A stretch of 64,000 nucleotides of DNA, taken from assembly GCA_050273025.1 (NCBI GenBank), contig CP158635.1, positions 28,892,001-28,956,000 on the forward strand. The letters run 5' to 3'. The position numbers and the translations under genes are program-made. The notes beneath the pieces were generated by a model. It was not told where the DNA came from and did no database searches. It saw nothing but the letters and a program-made list of their open reading frames with translations. The DNA is from Cenococcum geophilum (lineage: Eukaryota). This document shows positions 50,700-64,000 of the stretch, piece by piece. The first letter of the stretch is position 1. Each line of letters opens with the position of its first letter.

Positions 50700-53600
50700 A
50701 TAACGGACGACCTAGGCATCTATACTATTAAGGTACTATAATATAATATAGAAAAGAGCTACCTATAAATATAAGAGCTCCTCTGGGATAAATAGACGTA
50801 GTAATATAACGTACTTACTATATAGGAAGTATAGCATAGCGAGAGACTAGAATGGGACCTCCCTATAACTACTAACCTAATTAGTAATAGGTTCTACCTA
50901 TACTACCCCCCCTATTTAGAGACGAGAGTGTGCCTTTTTATTAATAGAAGTATTCTAATTATATGCCTTTATATTATAGACTACGGATAAAACCTAGTTA
51001 TAGTATTAATTATAAACTAAGGAGAAGACCAGCAGTATATAATTACCGTATTTAACGTCTATAACCTAAACCCCCTCCTACTATATAATAGGCTGGACGG
51101 GCTCCTAAGGGGCTATATACTCCTAAAGCTAAATAATGCCTTAAGAAGAATAAGAGGACTAAACTACAGTACTATAGTAGTTGGAGACTTTAATCTCTAC
51201 TACCCTAAATAGGGAGGGCCTAAAGCTAGGCCTAACTGTAGAGCAGCAGTAGAATACCTTATTAAGGTAATAGAGAATAACAAATTTAAACTAAGCTTTA
51301 AAATAGGATTAATTATAAGACTAGCTAAAGGAGTAGGTATAAACCCCTCTATAATTAATCTTAGCCTTATTACTTCTAACGTAGCTAACTACTTAATTTA
51401 ATTAAGGGTTAGCACGGAACTAGATAAAGGATTAGACTACCTCCTAATTGGGACCGTCTTTAGATACCAATTAGAATGAAAGAATAAGCCTATATAGCGA
51501 CTCTTTAAGAAAATGAATAAAGAAATATTCTATAACGTACTCTAAGAGCTGCCTAAAGTACCACTAACCCTACTATAGGATTAGATTGATATAACGGTTA
51601 TTAAAATTATTAATATACTTACTAAGGCTGTGGAACTGTCTACGCTAATAGCTAAGATTAGCCTAAAATCTAAACTAGAATAGTTAGAAGAATGTACTAA
51701 AGCAATTAAAGTAGAGAGATAAGTATAAAGACACTATAATAGGCTCCTAATAGAAGAGAACTATACTACACTATAGATAGCAAGGAGAGAAAAGACTAAA
51801 GCTATTAAAAAGGCCATAAGAACGGAACACAGAGATAGAGTTAGTGAGGTTAAGGATATAAAGGGATTATAGTCCCTACACGCCTAAGCTAAAAGGAGGA
51901 ATATTATAAGGACTATATTTATACTAGATATTAGAAATATAACGGGTACCCTATAACGTACCGTAGAAGGGAAAATAGTAGCCCTAAAAAGCTTTTTCGT
52001 TCCTACGCCACCTATAGCAGATTTAAAAGATATAATATCTAAACCTAATATAAATCCCAGAGAATATAGCATAGGAGGTAGAAGAAGCTATTAAAATAAC
52101 TAGCCTAGATAAGGCGTTAGGAGAGGATTAGCTTCTAAGCCGTGTACTTTATAAGGCTACTTAGGAACTAAAAGAACTACTTACCCGACTTTTTAACTAC
52201 TGCCTAACGGTAGGGTACTACCTAGCACACTTTAGAAGATCTATTACGGTAGCACTCTAAAAACCAAAGAAAGGGGACTTTAGAGACCCTAAGATGTATA
52301 GACTAATTGCCTTACTAAATATAGTAGGTAAAGTAATGGATAAAGTGCTTGTAAAACGACTGCTCTTTATAGCGGACGCTTATAGCCTCCTACTACGCAC
52401 CTATATGGGTGGAAGAGTAGCAGCTAGCTGTAAGCACGCAGTGCACCTCCTCCTAGAAAAGATATACGAGTGGTAGTAAATGGGAGAAGAAGATATAGTA
52501 AGCCTACTTATACTTAATATAAGTGGAGCCTTTAACAATATATTACACTATAGGCTTATCTACTACCTCTAAAAACGAAGAATACCTACCCTAATGGTTA
52601 ACTAGATCAACAGCTTCCTTACAGGAAGATTAACCTATATTAGGCTACCAGAAGGCACATTAGAAAGGTTCTCTATACTAATAGGGATTCTATAAGGCTT
52701 ACTAATATCACTAATTCTCTACTTATTTTATAACGCCGACCTTCTAAATATAGCTATGGATAAAGACAGGCTTAGATACGGGCTTGTTATAGGCTATATT
52801 AATAATATAAGTATTATAGTAAACGAAAGAACCACTAAAGAAATAATAAAGACACTAGTAATGCTGCATAAAAGGGCAGAAAAGTAGGCAAACTAATACG
52901 CCTTAGTATTCGCACTATAGAAGTACAAGCTTATACACTTTATTCCCCTAAAGAAGAAGACGTTAGAAGAAAATAGGAAGCGCCCTTTAGTACTTTAACT
53001 AAAAAATAGAAGAATATAGACGATCTAGCTAACGGCAAAAGCCTAATACTTAGGAGTTATTTTAGACAACTAACTCTCTGGAAAGGTATACCTAGACTAC
53101 GTTATAGAACGATTAATAGGTCAGCTTATATACCTATTAGGTATCGTAGGATCTATATAGGGCATTACAGCCAGATATATAAGACAGCTATATACTGCTA
53201 TAGTTATACTATATATGCTATATACAGCCTCCTACTAGTATATACCGGAAGGAGGACGCGGCTTTATTAAAAGAGCTAAATAAGTCTACTGGGCACTCGC
53301 AAAAATCTAATATAGAGTACTTTATCTTATAACGGGAGCGTTTAAAACTACAGCTAGAGCCGAACTGGAAGTTAATATATACACCCTACCTATTAAAGTA
53401 GCGCTTTGCCGCGTAGTAAAATCCTCCCTAAACTGAATAAGGGGCTCACCACTATACGATAAGATCCTATAGTTAAGAAGATCGGCCCTAACGAAGTACT
53501 AATGGTATAGCCCTCTCCAGAAACTAGAGAGTAATGTTATACTACGCCTCCCTAAGGAAACACCACCTATAGAGGAAATCCGCCTAGAGAGGCTCTACCT

Positions 53601-54612
53601 CTAGGTAGAACTACTATAGACCCGTATTATAAGGGACAAAGAAATAATAAAGTAGGAGCATAACTAGATCGTATAGGAGGCTAAGGATAGCCTAAGGCAC
53701 TTTATAGCGTATACTAATAGAAGCGAAATTAATAGGGAGATTAGAGCGTTAGTATATATACCCTAATTAGGAATAGAGGTAACTAACTATATAGGAATAA
53801 ACTAAATTAGTAGTATATACGCTGGAGAGCTAAGAGGCCTCTAGCTAGCCTTAGATTTAGTGCTAAAATACTTACTCCTAATTATAAGATTTACAATATT
53901 TACGGATAGCTAAGTAGTGAATTAAGTAGTGGTAAAACCTTAAAACTAATTAGAATAGTACCTCGTATATAGAATAAGATAAAGGCTCCTAGTAGTACAG
54001 ATAATAAGTATAAAGGTCGTAATATACTAGATCCCTTTATATGCGAAAATTAAAGGAAACGAGTAAGTAGATATTTTAACAAAGTAAGTAATAGGATAGA
54101 GAAAGAACGGGACAGGACTAAAAGCATCTACCTTACCCTCTCTATAAAGCCTATTATCCGCAGTAAAGAAAACTATAAAGGCCTAAATGGAGGCACACTG
54201 GGAGAAGGAATAGGAAAATGGTAAAACTAGAAGGGAGCTATATAGACTAGCACTAAAGATTTTAAAGCAAAGACTTAAGATATATAACGACCTACTAAAG
54301 GCGCTTTTAGCTATACTTACCTAGATCTAAATAGGAAAGGTAGCTTTAAAGAGCTGCCTTTATAGGATTAAACGTGCGCCTAACTTAAGATGCATATGCG
54401 GGGACGAATAGACTAGACGGTACGTCCTAGTTAAATATCCTAATTTTAAAGAACTAAGGAAAGAAATATGGCCGCATAATAGCTAACCATAGAGCATTTA
54501 GAAGATCTTAAACGAGATATAGTTAGTAAAGAAAGCAGTAATCTATATAGTATAAATAGGCTTTCTAGGGTAGTTTATAGAGGCTAGGAATAGACTAGAA
54601 GTAACCGCTTAA
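50700..54612 (+). pseudogene. LINE ORF2: AP endonuclease - reverse transcriptase - RNase H, RIPped
   Basis: VL(Q)YN, I(Q)E, VVGDFNL(H)(H)P.(W), (S)D(H)L(P)I, YR(P)IALLN, GI(P)(Q)G(S)(P).S(P)ILY, GYI(D)(D), AYT(D)(G)S, I(E)GNE.(A)D. Confidence 0.92.
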
Positions 54613-55140
54613 GTTTCTCTTAACGGCAGACACGTTATATATAACATTAGTAGAAGACGGATAGCATTACAGTAAGAAAATAGGCCTGTAAAAAAGGTCT
54701 GGCTTTAATATGCAGTATAGAACGGAAGTATTTTGTATATTTACTACTTTTTAATTATTTAATTTTAATTATCTCCTTTATATAGGAACTTACCCTACTT
54801 ATATATATCTTTATAATTATATTACAACAGCGTTCTTTTCTAGTTCCCTTACATTTTAGACGTTTGCTTCTCTCTTAGGCACTATATACCTATTATAACG
54901 AAGCCTTATAGCAGGAACTACGGTAGACTTATTAATGGGCTATATATATAGGTAAATAAGAAGTTAATAACGTAATAATAACTAGTAGAGTAGTTACCCA
55001 ATAAATTAACTCTAATTATATTCTAAGATTTACTGTAAAGAGAAGGGAAACTATCTATAGAGACCATACGTCTTTAAATATATAACTCCTCCCTATAGTA
55101 AAGGTTAAGTATATTAATACGTTAGTACGTTAGTATATTA

Positions 55141-55245
55141 TATTCCTACATTCCTATATTCCTACATTCCTATATTCCTACATTCCTATATTCCTACATT
55201 CCTATATTCCTACATTCCTATATTCCTATATTCCTATATTCCTAC
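55141..55245. repeat. 8-bp tandem repeat (ATTCCTAC/ATTCCTAT)n inside the Gypsy E LTR
   Basis: About 13 direct units. Confidence 0.95.
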
Positions 55246-55502
55246 GTTCTAAACTTATAACATAACTAGCCACGTAACTTAGCTACCTTTTATCCTATAG
55301 CTTAATTAGTTCTAGCGCCTCCTATACTATCTTAACTAACCTATTTATATCTATATTTAGTAGTTATACTACTATTAATATAAGGTCCGTAACACTATCT
55401 CCCTCCTTTTTATCTTTGTTTTTAAAGATATCTCCTATCTCTAAGTTGTCTATTAGAGGTATAGTATTCCTATCTTTAATTTAATAACTTCTATTATTCT
55501 TA

Positions 55503-57170
55503 ATACCTCCTATTAAATCTTCTGCGTTTAATCGTCGTAACTAGCTAATAATATTTATTTTATTACTTAGTAAAGTTATACCGTCTTATTCTTATTATAT
55601 GGAGAAGAAGTTAGTATATATTATAATTATATCTTTATTTAATCGCTAACCTTTCTCCTATACTAAGTGTACGTAAGCGAATATACGAATATTCTATAAT
55701 ATTTAATCCGTTTCTAACGCTAAGTATATATATCTTATTATTTTTTATAACCTTTTAGTTCCTTATTTAATTTTCTTTAGGGTTACGTATATTAGTAGCA
55801 GCTAAAAGACTAGAGAGTAAGCTAGTTAAGGCTTTAGCTAAAGTTTAACATCGTTTTAATAAGGCGTCTTAGGCTCTAAAAGCTTAACTAAATACTTATA
55901 CTCGCCTAAGTTATTTAATAGTAGTAATTCTTGATTAACGTCTGATACGGATCCTATCTAGGCCTACGCAGACTACTCCGTCACAGGGGGAAAACTTATA
56001 ATTTACAGGAAGAAAACCCTGCAGTTTGGGGGAGGAAAAACCCTATAAGCTACCTCAGTAGGATAAAAAACCCCGGTTTGCCATGTCCGTCCGTAGCGGC
56101 GGCCCTGCGGGCCTACGGCTACGTCCTGTCCTCCTTAGATGTTCGAACTCCTTGGGAACCACTGCTTCCTTCTCTAGCTTATCCCAGCTAGGGTTCACTA
56201 CGTCCTAGCTAGGCCTTGCCGTTCGACTACTGTACTTATGGTTATATTCCATATTTTAACCACCCCCCGTATACTATCTCTTGTTGACCATTGCCATATA
56301 CGCCATGCCTCCCCCCCCCTAAGGCCTATCGAAGGCGTAAGGGGGATTCATCTATAAACCACTACTATACCAAAAGGCGAGCGGGACGTGTGTGCCTAAG
56401 TATCTTTTGTGCCTAGGCCCTAGTCACTAGGCCCTCGCCAAGGGTTACCACTCCTTAAGAGGAGACAGGAAAACCGTACGGTGTTGTCCAGGCTGCCAGG
56501 TAGTATTTAATAGTTGATAGCAAGTGACCGCATGCTCCGCGGGCGATCGCCTTAGGGGTTAAAAGGGGCCGTATATTTACTCGTTGCTCGCTCACAATCG
56601 CTCGTTCGTCGACGTAAGAGGTCGTCAATGCTTTCTACTGGGGGTTAGGGGATGTTATCAAATGCCGCGTATCCATGTTGGATCGTATAGGTGCCTTAAT
56701 AGGAGAATAGTGTTGCTGTTGTCGTAAGGGGCACTCAGTAGTGGTTTTCGAGATCTCACCATCCTATATGAAAACTTTTCACCACCGCCCACAATACCCA
56801 CCACCACCACTAGGTCGTATCGCACGCTATACGACGTCTCTGCGTTAGCTCTGAGTCTGAACTTCGAAGACTTAAGTTCGTAGCCGTCACCACATACAGG
56901 TGCAGAGTCCGTTTTCGACGGCCTAAGTTATTTAATAAAGGTCCGTAAAAAGGTGCGCTTAAAGGAGCTTTACTTAGTAAAGTAAGGTCTATCTAAGCTT
57001 AAGGTTAAGGAGGCTAAAAGGGGTTCTAATTAAAAAGAGGCAGAAATAACTAATATGCTAATAGTAGGTCCCTTAGATAATCCGGCTTATTTATTACCTT
57101 TAACTAATTCCTTTATCTTTAGCTCCTTCTTAATATTGCCTAACCTATTCTCTTTTAATACTCCTATACC
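55503..57170 (+). pseudogene. Antisense Zn2Cys6-like accessory ORF of Gypsy E, split by the 1-kb retroposon
   Basis: (M)PS(C)S(R)(C).EKKLV(C)...R(Q)P(S)S(C).(E)CT.AN.R..(C)(D)(V)(R)SVS(D)A(E), aligning to the D ORF with the same intron position. Confidence 0.68.
55921..56920 (-). mobile_element. 1000-bp non-LTR retroposon (SINE-like or LINE 3' UTR fragment)
   Basis: 17-bp TSD GCCTAAGTTATTTAATA at 55904-20 and 56921-37. Short TACTAC tail on the minus strand. GC-rich and weakly RIPped. Confidence 0.8.
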
Positions 57171-58874
57171 TTTCCTATAGCATTCTTTAGGTTCTATAGT
57201 AGTTCCTAGGTAGTCTTATTATAGCCTATCTACTTAACCTTATACTATATTTTATTGTTAATATCCTTATAACTAATAATTTTTAAAACTTACTATTTAT
57301 TTTCTTCTTATCCTTTATATATATCTTCCTTATAAACTAGTAGCTTAACATTCCTATATACTAGCTCTAGTATTATAATATGCTATATAGGGTAGATCTT
57401 TATTTTGGCTAGTAGGTTTAACTTAAATATAACTAGTAAAATTCTTTATATAATTTTAAAAGGTCCTAGTCTAATATAGTTTAATTTCTTACTTGATTAT
57501 TAACTCTTAAAAATTTTATATAGTAACTATACTTTATCTCCCTCCTTAAGATCTAGTTCCTTAGATCTCTTGGCGTTATAGTACTTTTTTATTCTCTCTT
57601 ATACCTTTTTCGCTAATTCTATAAGGTCTATATAAAGGTTTATTAATATCTTTATTCTTTCTTTAGCTATGCTACTCGTTTTCTTTACTTATTATAGTAA
57701 TAACAATATTCTTAGCTTATATCTATAATTTGCCTTAAATAGTAATATGCCTATTTCTTTCTATAGTGTTGTATTATATATAAACTATATAACTAATAAT
57801 AACAATACCCAATTATTCTATATATAATTAATATAATATTTTAGATACTATTCTAGCGTCTAATTTAATTTTTTTATTTAACTATCTATCTACAGGTAAT
57901 ATACAGTAGAAGTTACTACTCTAACTCCTTATTTCGCTAAGAATACCTCCTAAAATACTGCTATAAATCTTAGATCTCTATCTAATATAATCTTACTTAA
58001 TACTCTATGCCTTATAAATACTTTTTAATATAGATTCTAGTAATATCCTCTGCTAAGATTTCTTTTATGCATACTATAAAGTAGCCCTATTTAGTTAATT
58101 TATTTACTATTACTAAGATTATATTATATTCTTATCCGGTAATAGGATTTCTTAACTTTAGTAGCTTAATAATAAAGTCCTATAATATAACCTCCTATAG
58201 TCTCTCTAGTATTTTAATAGGTTATAGCCCTCCATATAGCTTATATCTTATTAATTTATTTCTTTAGTAATCTAAACACTCCTTTATTACTTTTCTTATA
58301 ATATTTTAGATTCCATTAATAATATACTCTTTTTATAGTCTTAACACTAAGCCTATTACTCCATTATGTCCTTAAGTCATTCCCTTATAAAAATCTTCTA
58401 TAAAATGCTCTGCTATACTTCTTAGGATATACTTTATTTCTTAATTTTTATATATATCCATCTATAAATCTTCTAGCTATACTTTTAGAATTCTTTATAC
58501 TTAAAAGCTTTCTAGTATCTCGTAGACTCTTTTTAGTTTATTATCCTCTTAAGTTATTATAAGTTTAAGGTAGTTATATCTAATCCATCTATCCTTATCT
58601 TTATATAATATTGCTTTTAATAGTTTCTTATTATTCTATAATTTAGCCTTTCTACTAAGTATATCTACTCTTATAATTTTAGTTCCTTTAGTGTATTAAA
58701 TCTTAAAATAGTATTTTATAAGCATCTCTACCTATCTAACTTATCTATAATTAAGTTCTTTTATTATTAGGAACCCTATTAGGTTCTTATAATCTATCTT
58801 AACTATAAATAGTTTCTCTAAGCCTTATAAGAATGCTCTCTATTTTTTTAAGTACTATAACTATACCTAATAAC

Positions 58875-61800
58875 TATTAGCGACTCAGTTAATTGAGACA
58901 TAAGCACGGCAAAAGGGTCGCGCAAGCCTGTACGATTAGATTGTCTATAAACGAGAATCTAAAGCTAGGGAAAGTAAAAAGGAGAAGAAGAGCAGCGCCG
59001 TTTGGTGTTTTATAAGATCTTTACGTCACGTAATCGCAATATGCGGCAACCTATAACAATCTATAGCAACTTACCGGTGCGAAGTTCTGCCAGTACTATA
59101 ACATTACCCCCCCCCCCTCTAAAAAAGCCTGCCCTTAGGCTTTATTGCTAAAAGTCTTAGTAAGAAAATCTAACCAATTAGATAACTTTAACCGCCGGTT
59201 GAAGTTCCTAGACATCTTAACACCTTATATAACTAAGAAATTTCTAGGGCGTTTTTGTCCTTATATTCTTCTAGTAGCTTATCGTCTTTATTATACTAGC
59301 ACTCTATCCACTCGTCTAGGTACTTTAGCGGTCCGGGTTTATTAGGGTAACGGCTATAGAACTCCTAAAGCTTATAGGGACTACCTATAAAGTTCTATAT
59401 AGGGTACTAAGTAGGGTCCGGGTTATATCCTTTTTAACTAACACAATACTTTAATATTCCCTTTACAAGTTTACAGGCCAGAATTTCTTCAATTTCCCAT
59501 TTATTATCGCTATTAACTTAAATTAGCAGGGGAGGTTTATTCTTTTATCTGGGCAGTAGATTATTTATAGCTTTTTATAGCTTATCCAGTAAGAAGATAA
59601 GGTGAACTTTAATTAAGTCTAGGAGCTTAACCTTATACAAATTACCTACTTTATTAAGAATCTTATACGGTCCTACTATCTTATAGTCCAGCTTACGGCT
59701 AGGCCGTTCTATCTTCTAGTTCTTTATCATAACCTAGACCATATTACCTACAGTAAAGTCAGGCTCGCGCCTATGCTTATTCGCCTGCTATTTTATTAAT
59801 TTTTAGGCCTTTTCTAGGTTTATATAGGCTACTTTCTAAGCTTCTTCTAAACGCTTAGTGTACTACTAGGCTTCCTTATAAGATAGTTTTTCGCGTATAG
59901 TCTAGGGCCCTTCTAGTCTTTCCCAGTCAAAGCTTATATAGGGTAGGTAACCCATTTCTAGTTAAATAGGAGCAAATCCGGTAGAGTTATAGGGTAGGGT
60001 CGCTTGGGCGTAGTCTATTAAGGGTAACAGTTTAGCCTAGTTATCCTAGAAGTAGTTAACGAAAGGCCAGAGTCTCTAGTCTAAGTATTAATTTATAATC
60101 TCCGTTTAACTGTCTGTCTAGGGGTAATATACTATAAAAAGCTTTAGCTTAATACCTAAAATCCGGGTAAACTTATTCTAAAAGGCTAATACAAATTATA
60201 GCCCGCGGTTAGATATAATAGTGTCTAGTGGTCCGTAAATTTGGTAAACGTAGTAGATATACAGTTAGGCTACCTCTTTAGCATTAATATTTTTATAACA
60301 GGGAATTAAAAACGGGCGCTTACTAAAGTGGTTAACCAGAATTATAACTATATTATATCTATTACGGTCTAGAGGTAGCTTATAAAAGTCTATAGAGATA
60401 TATTACTAGGGGCGGTCGGGTATTAAAAGGGGTTTTAATAGTCCTAAGGTCTTATCTCGTGGAATTATAGACCTGTAGTAGTTATTACAGTTCCGTATAT
60501 AGCGGTTAATATCTATAATTATTCCGGGCTAGTAATAGCGGTCGCCAATAATCCTATAAGTTTTATTTTTTCTAGGGTAGGCCGTAGAGACCTAGGCATA
60601 TACTTCGGCAATAAGCCAAGTCCATAAGTTCTATTCCTCTACTACTACTAGCCATTCGCGGTGCTTAAGTAGTCCACTTTTAAGGGACCATAGGCTAGAA
60701 ATATTCTTTACCTTTTTATAGTACTCCTATAGAGAAGGGGCCGTATAGTTTGCCTATAGCAGTTTATTAATAAGGTTTAGTTCTATAGAGTTAATAGGGT
60801 ATATCTCGGCATCTAAAGAGTCTGTATTTAGTTTTACCCGTATTTAGAAGTTAAGGTATTCTAGTTATAGTAGCGCTTAGGTCTATAATAAGATCTTTAC
60901 GACTGTCTAGTTATTTATATCCTATTTACGCCTTATAAGAGCATCTACACAGTTAGTGGCGCCTGGCCTATATATAATTAGGAAGTTAAACTAAGATAGG
61001 GTGTCCGCCTAGCGCGCCTATTAGGCTATAAGGGCCTTTATTATTATAAAATATTCTAAGGCCTTATAATCGGAAACTACCTAGATAGACTTAGGGGTGC
61101 CTTCTAGTTAGGCTCGCCAGTGCTAAAAGCTAGAGATAATAGCCAGCATTTTTTTTATCGTAAATTGGGTAGTTTAGCTTAGCATCTACTATAGTCATTA
61201 AATAGTAAGTAATAGGGTACTATTCTCCATTTATCTGCTTTTAGGAGTAAACGCTAGCTATAATACTATCTAAGGCATTGGTTTCTAGCATTAAGGGCCG
61301 TTTTAGGTTAAAGTAGGCGAGTAAGGGAGCAGAGACTTGTCGTTTCTTAAGCTTATTAAAGGCCTGCCTATATACGGTATTAAAGTAAAAGGGCCGGTCC
61401 TTATAGGTAAGTAGGCTTAGTAGCCGGGTAATTCTACTATAGTTCTTAATAAAGCGTTAGTAGAAGTTATAGAACCCTAAAAATAACTATACCCCCTTTA
61501 CGGTCCTTAGGGGTACCTATTAGTTAATTACGGCCGTCTTTTCTAGGTCTGCCTTAATCCCGTTTATACTAATAATAAACCCTAAGTATTTTATATACTT
61601 AACACTAAATTCTAACTTCTTAATATTGGCTTAGAGGCTAGCTTCTTAAAGCCATTATAGGACTTTATAGATATACTCTTTATATTCTAGTTTATTTTTA
61701 GAGTAGATTATAATATTATCCAGGTATGCTGTATAGAAGTTATTAAGGTAGTTAAATAGTATATTATTTATATATTGTTAGTATGTAGCCAGTCCGTTAG

Positions 61801-63670
61801 TTAGTCCAAAAGGCAGTACTTTATATTTATACGTTCCGTAATAGGTCTAAAACATAGTAAGGTTTTCTAATTTAGGGTTTATCCTAATTTAGTAAAAAGC
61901 CTAGCGGATATTAAGCTTTATAAAGATTTTAGCTCTACTTATTTAGGCCAAAGTCTTATTAAGTAAAGGTAGTAGGTAGCGGTCTTTAAGGGTTAAATTA
62001 TTAAGCTTATAGTAGTTAATACAGAAATAAAGTCCTCTATTTAGCTTTTTAGTAAAGAAAATAGGTAAGTTAAAAGGGGCTTAACTAGGCTCAATAAAGC
62101 CCTTATCTAGGTTATTAATAAGATACTACTTTATAGCCTATAATTCGGCAGTAAATTGCTGTTAGAGGGGGCTATAGCTAAGGGTAACCACCTTATCCGG
62201 CTTAATTTTAATCTTATAGTTGTATGGTTAGTAAGGCGGGAGTATATTAGACGCTGCTTTAGAGAAGGTGTTTTTAAATTTCTAGTATTAACGGGGCAGT
62301 TTTTATTCTACTAGCTCCTTATCTATAAGCTTACCTTTCTCTTAGGCTAGGGCTTCTTTCTTTTTAATTATTTAATTAATTTTGTATAAGCTAGTTATAA
62401 AGGTAACAGTATTAGGCTAAACTAGGTTTTAGTAGAATCCTATAGTACTAATATAGCAGATATTAACTAGCGGAAGGTCTATAGGTTTCTTTATAGATAT
62501 TTATTAGGCCGTATTTTGCAGTATAGGGTTTATAGTCTTTCTTAGCTTACATTTTATTTTCCATAAGTTATCCTTCTAGTCTATTAGTTCGGTATATCGT
62601 CTAATATCCCTAGCCTTTCTTTGTAGCTGCGTAGGGCCTAAGTTCTCTATTAGGGACTTAGCTAGGCTACTACCGACTTCCTAAGTCTTTAGTACGGGTA
62701 GTGTAACATAGGTAGTCTGGGGGCGGCGTAGTATATAGATTTATTGCGGATTAAGCTATATATCCTTCTTAAAAGCCTAGTCCCTATACGTTGTATCGGC
62801 CTAGTAAACGGTGTTTATCTACGGCCGTATAAGGTTTTCCATTATAATACTAATCTCTTTTATAAAGGAAGGCGTTAGGGGTATAGTTTTGGGCTAGATA
62901 AGTTGCCTATTCCGTATATTAAGCTATAAGCCTAAATAGGCTAGCTATTTTCTCCCTAAGATTATATTATAGCTTCTAAGGTCCGTAATAAGGAAGGGGA
63001 CGTTATATTACCTTCGTCCGTTAACGCGGAGGTAGATTCGTAAGATAGTTATAATAGGTAGTTCTATCCGTCTATTATAACCGCAAATAGGGACTAGCTT
63101 AGGTAGTTCTTTAAGGGGTATATTTAAAAAGTTAGCTAGTTTTGCAGCGCACTTTATATTAATTAAGGTAAAGGTATTTGCTCCTAAGTTAGCTAAAGTA
63201 GAAGTTAAAACTTAATATCTATTGCGAAATAAAGTATAAGAGATAGTGTAGCTTCTTCTACTAACTAGCCGACCTAAATCGATATGTAATATATTAATCC
63301 CTTTTAACCCTAGAGAGGAGTCTTTTTTTAAGGTTTCTCTTTTTCCGGCTCCATAATATCCTCCTAAATTAATAGGACCTCGTTTATCTTTGCCTTTATT
63401 AGGCAGTTCCTTATAGGGTAGCCTATTTAACTATATAAGAAGTAAGCTCCTTAATTGCTAAGGGCCTATATATAGTGGTCGCTATATATAGGCCGGGTGT
63501 ACACTAGGCCCGTAGTAGGGATAGCTACGTAGCTAGCTACTAGGTTAACTATAGGAGTTACTAATTATGCTAGGGCACTACAGGCCGTACTTATAGTACT
63601 TATAGCTTAGCTTATAAGGTTTCTAGTTTTTAGCTAATTAGCGTGTGCCTTAATTTAATAGAGGCCTTAG
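58875..63670 (-). mobile_element. Gypsy chromovirus family C, copy 3 (3' LTR 58875-59103, pol, 3' part of gag)
   Basis: Colinear with copies 1 and 2. The PPT appears as a C-run at ~59107-59119. Confidence 0.93.
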
Positions 63671-64000
63671 TTTTTTTTTTTTTTATATCCGTTGTATTAT
63701 ACTACGTATAATACTACGTATGCAGCCTTTAGGCTATAGCGCTATAGTTTTATATACATAAATCCTTTCTAGGCAGCTTAATATGTACTAGTAGCTATGT
63801 CCTAGTAGTTTATAAATCCCTAAGCTAGGGATTTATAGCTTCCTAATAAGATACTAGGTTGCTAACAACTATTAGGTAGTAAGAAAACGATAGGAAAATA
63901 GAAGAAAAAATTAGAATAAAATTATAAATAATCCTAACGCCTGTCCCTGTCCTTTTTATAGTTCATTTCTGTCCTTTTGCTTTCTATGGTCTATCTACTA
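63671..64000 (-). mobile_element. Poly(A)-tailed 3' end of a non-LTR retroelement inserted in copy 3 gag
   Basis: T14 run at 63671-63684 exactly where homology to copy 1 (near 10611) breaks off. Confidence 0.6.

Larger units (their letters stand above)
42650..54893 (+). mobile_element. Tad1-like LINE (ORF1 + APE-RT-RNaseH ORF2), interrupted by Gypsy C copy 2
   Basis: Two-ORF layout. The 5' boundary is approximate and the 3' UTR is cut by Gypsy E. Confidence 0.9.
54894..58874 (-). mobile_element. Gypsy E (relative of D): 3' LTR, accessory ORF, integrase and part of RNaseH, interrupted by Gypsy C copy 3
   Basis: LTR at 54894-55394 has termini similar to the D LTR, PPT next to 55395. 57130-58874 is colinear with D 33920-35657. 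Confidence 0.9.

Noticed and set aside
1..64000. Alternative genetic code or stop read-through to explain in-frame TAA/TAG
   Set aside because: Stops vary between copies of the same element and accompany general C>T/G>A changes, which is the RIP pattern.

Overview
The window looks like a heterochromatic repeat nest from a filamentous ascomycete that has been heavily mutated by RIP (repeat-induced point mutation). TpA is pervasive, CpA/TpG is depleted, and Trp/Gln/Arg codons have become stops, so I see no intact protein-coding gene. All protein calls come from hand translation with C>T/G>A changes mentally reverted; reverted residues are in parentheses. The window holds nested Ty3/Gypsy elements (one family in three copies, several with matching LTRs and 5-bp TSDs), Tad1-like LINEs, two hAT remnants, a DD37E Tc1-like element, a MITE, a solo LTR, a 1-kb retroposon with a 17-bp TSD, and a 2-kb TIR element packed with minisatellites. 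It also holds a RIPped head-to-head pair of host-type genes: a C2H2-ankyrin gene and a HeLo-like/kinase-like gene. The two most unusual signals are accessory genes carried by LTR elements. (1) A single-frame ~940-codon ORF with a 2OG-Fe(II) dioxygenase-like HxD...H...R signature lies directly upstream of a PPT and LTR (3504-6660). (2) An intron-containing antisense Zn2Cys6-like plus coiled-coil ORF is conserved in the 3' region of two diverged Gypsy families (33299-33960 and 55503-57170).
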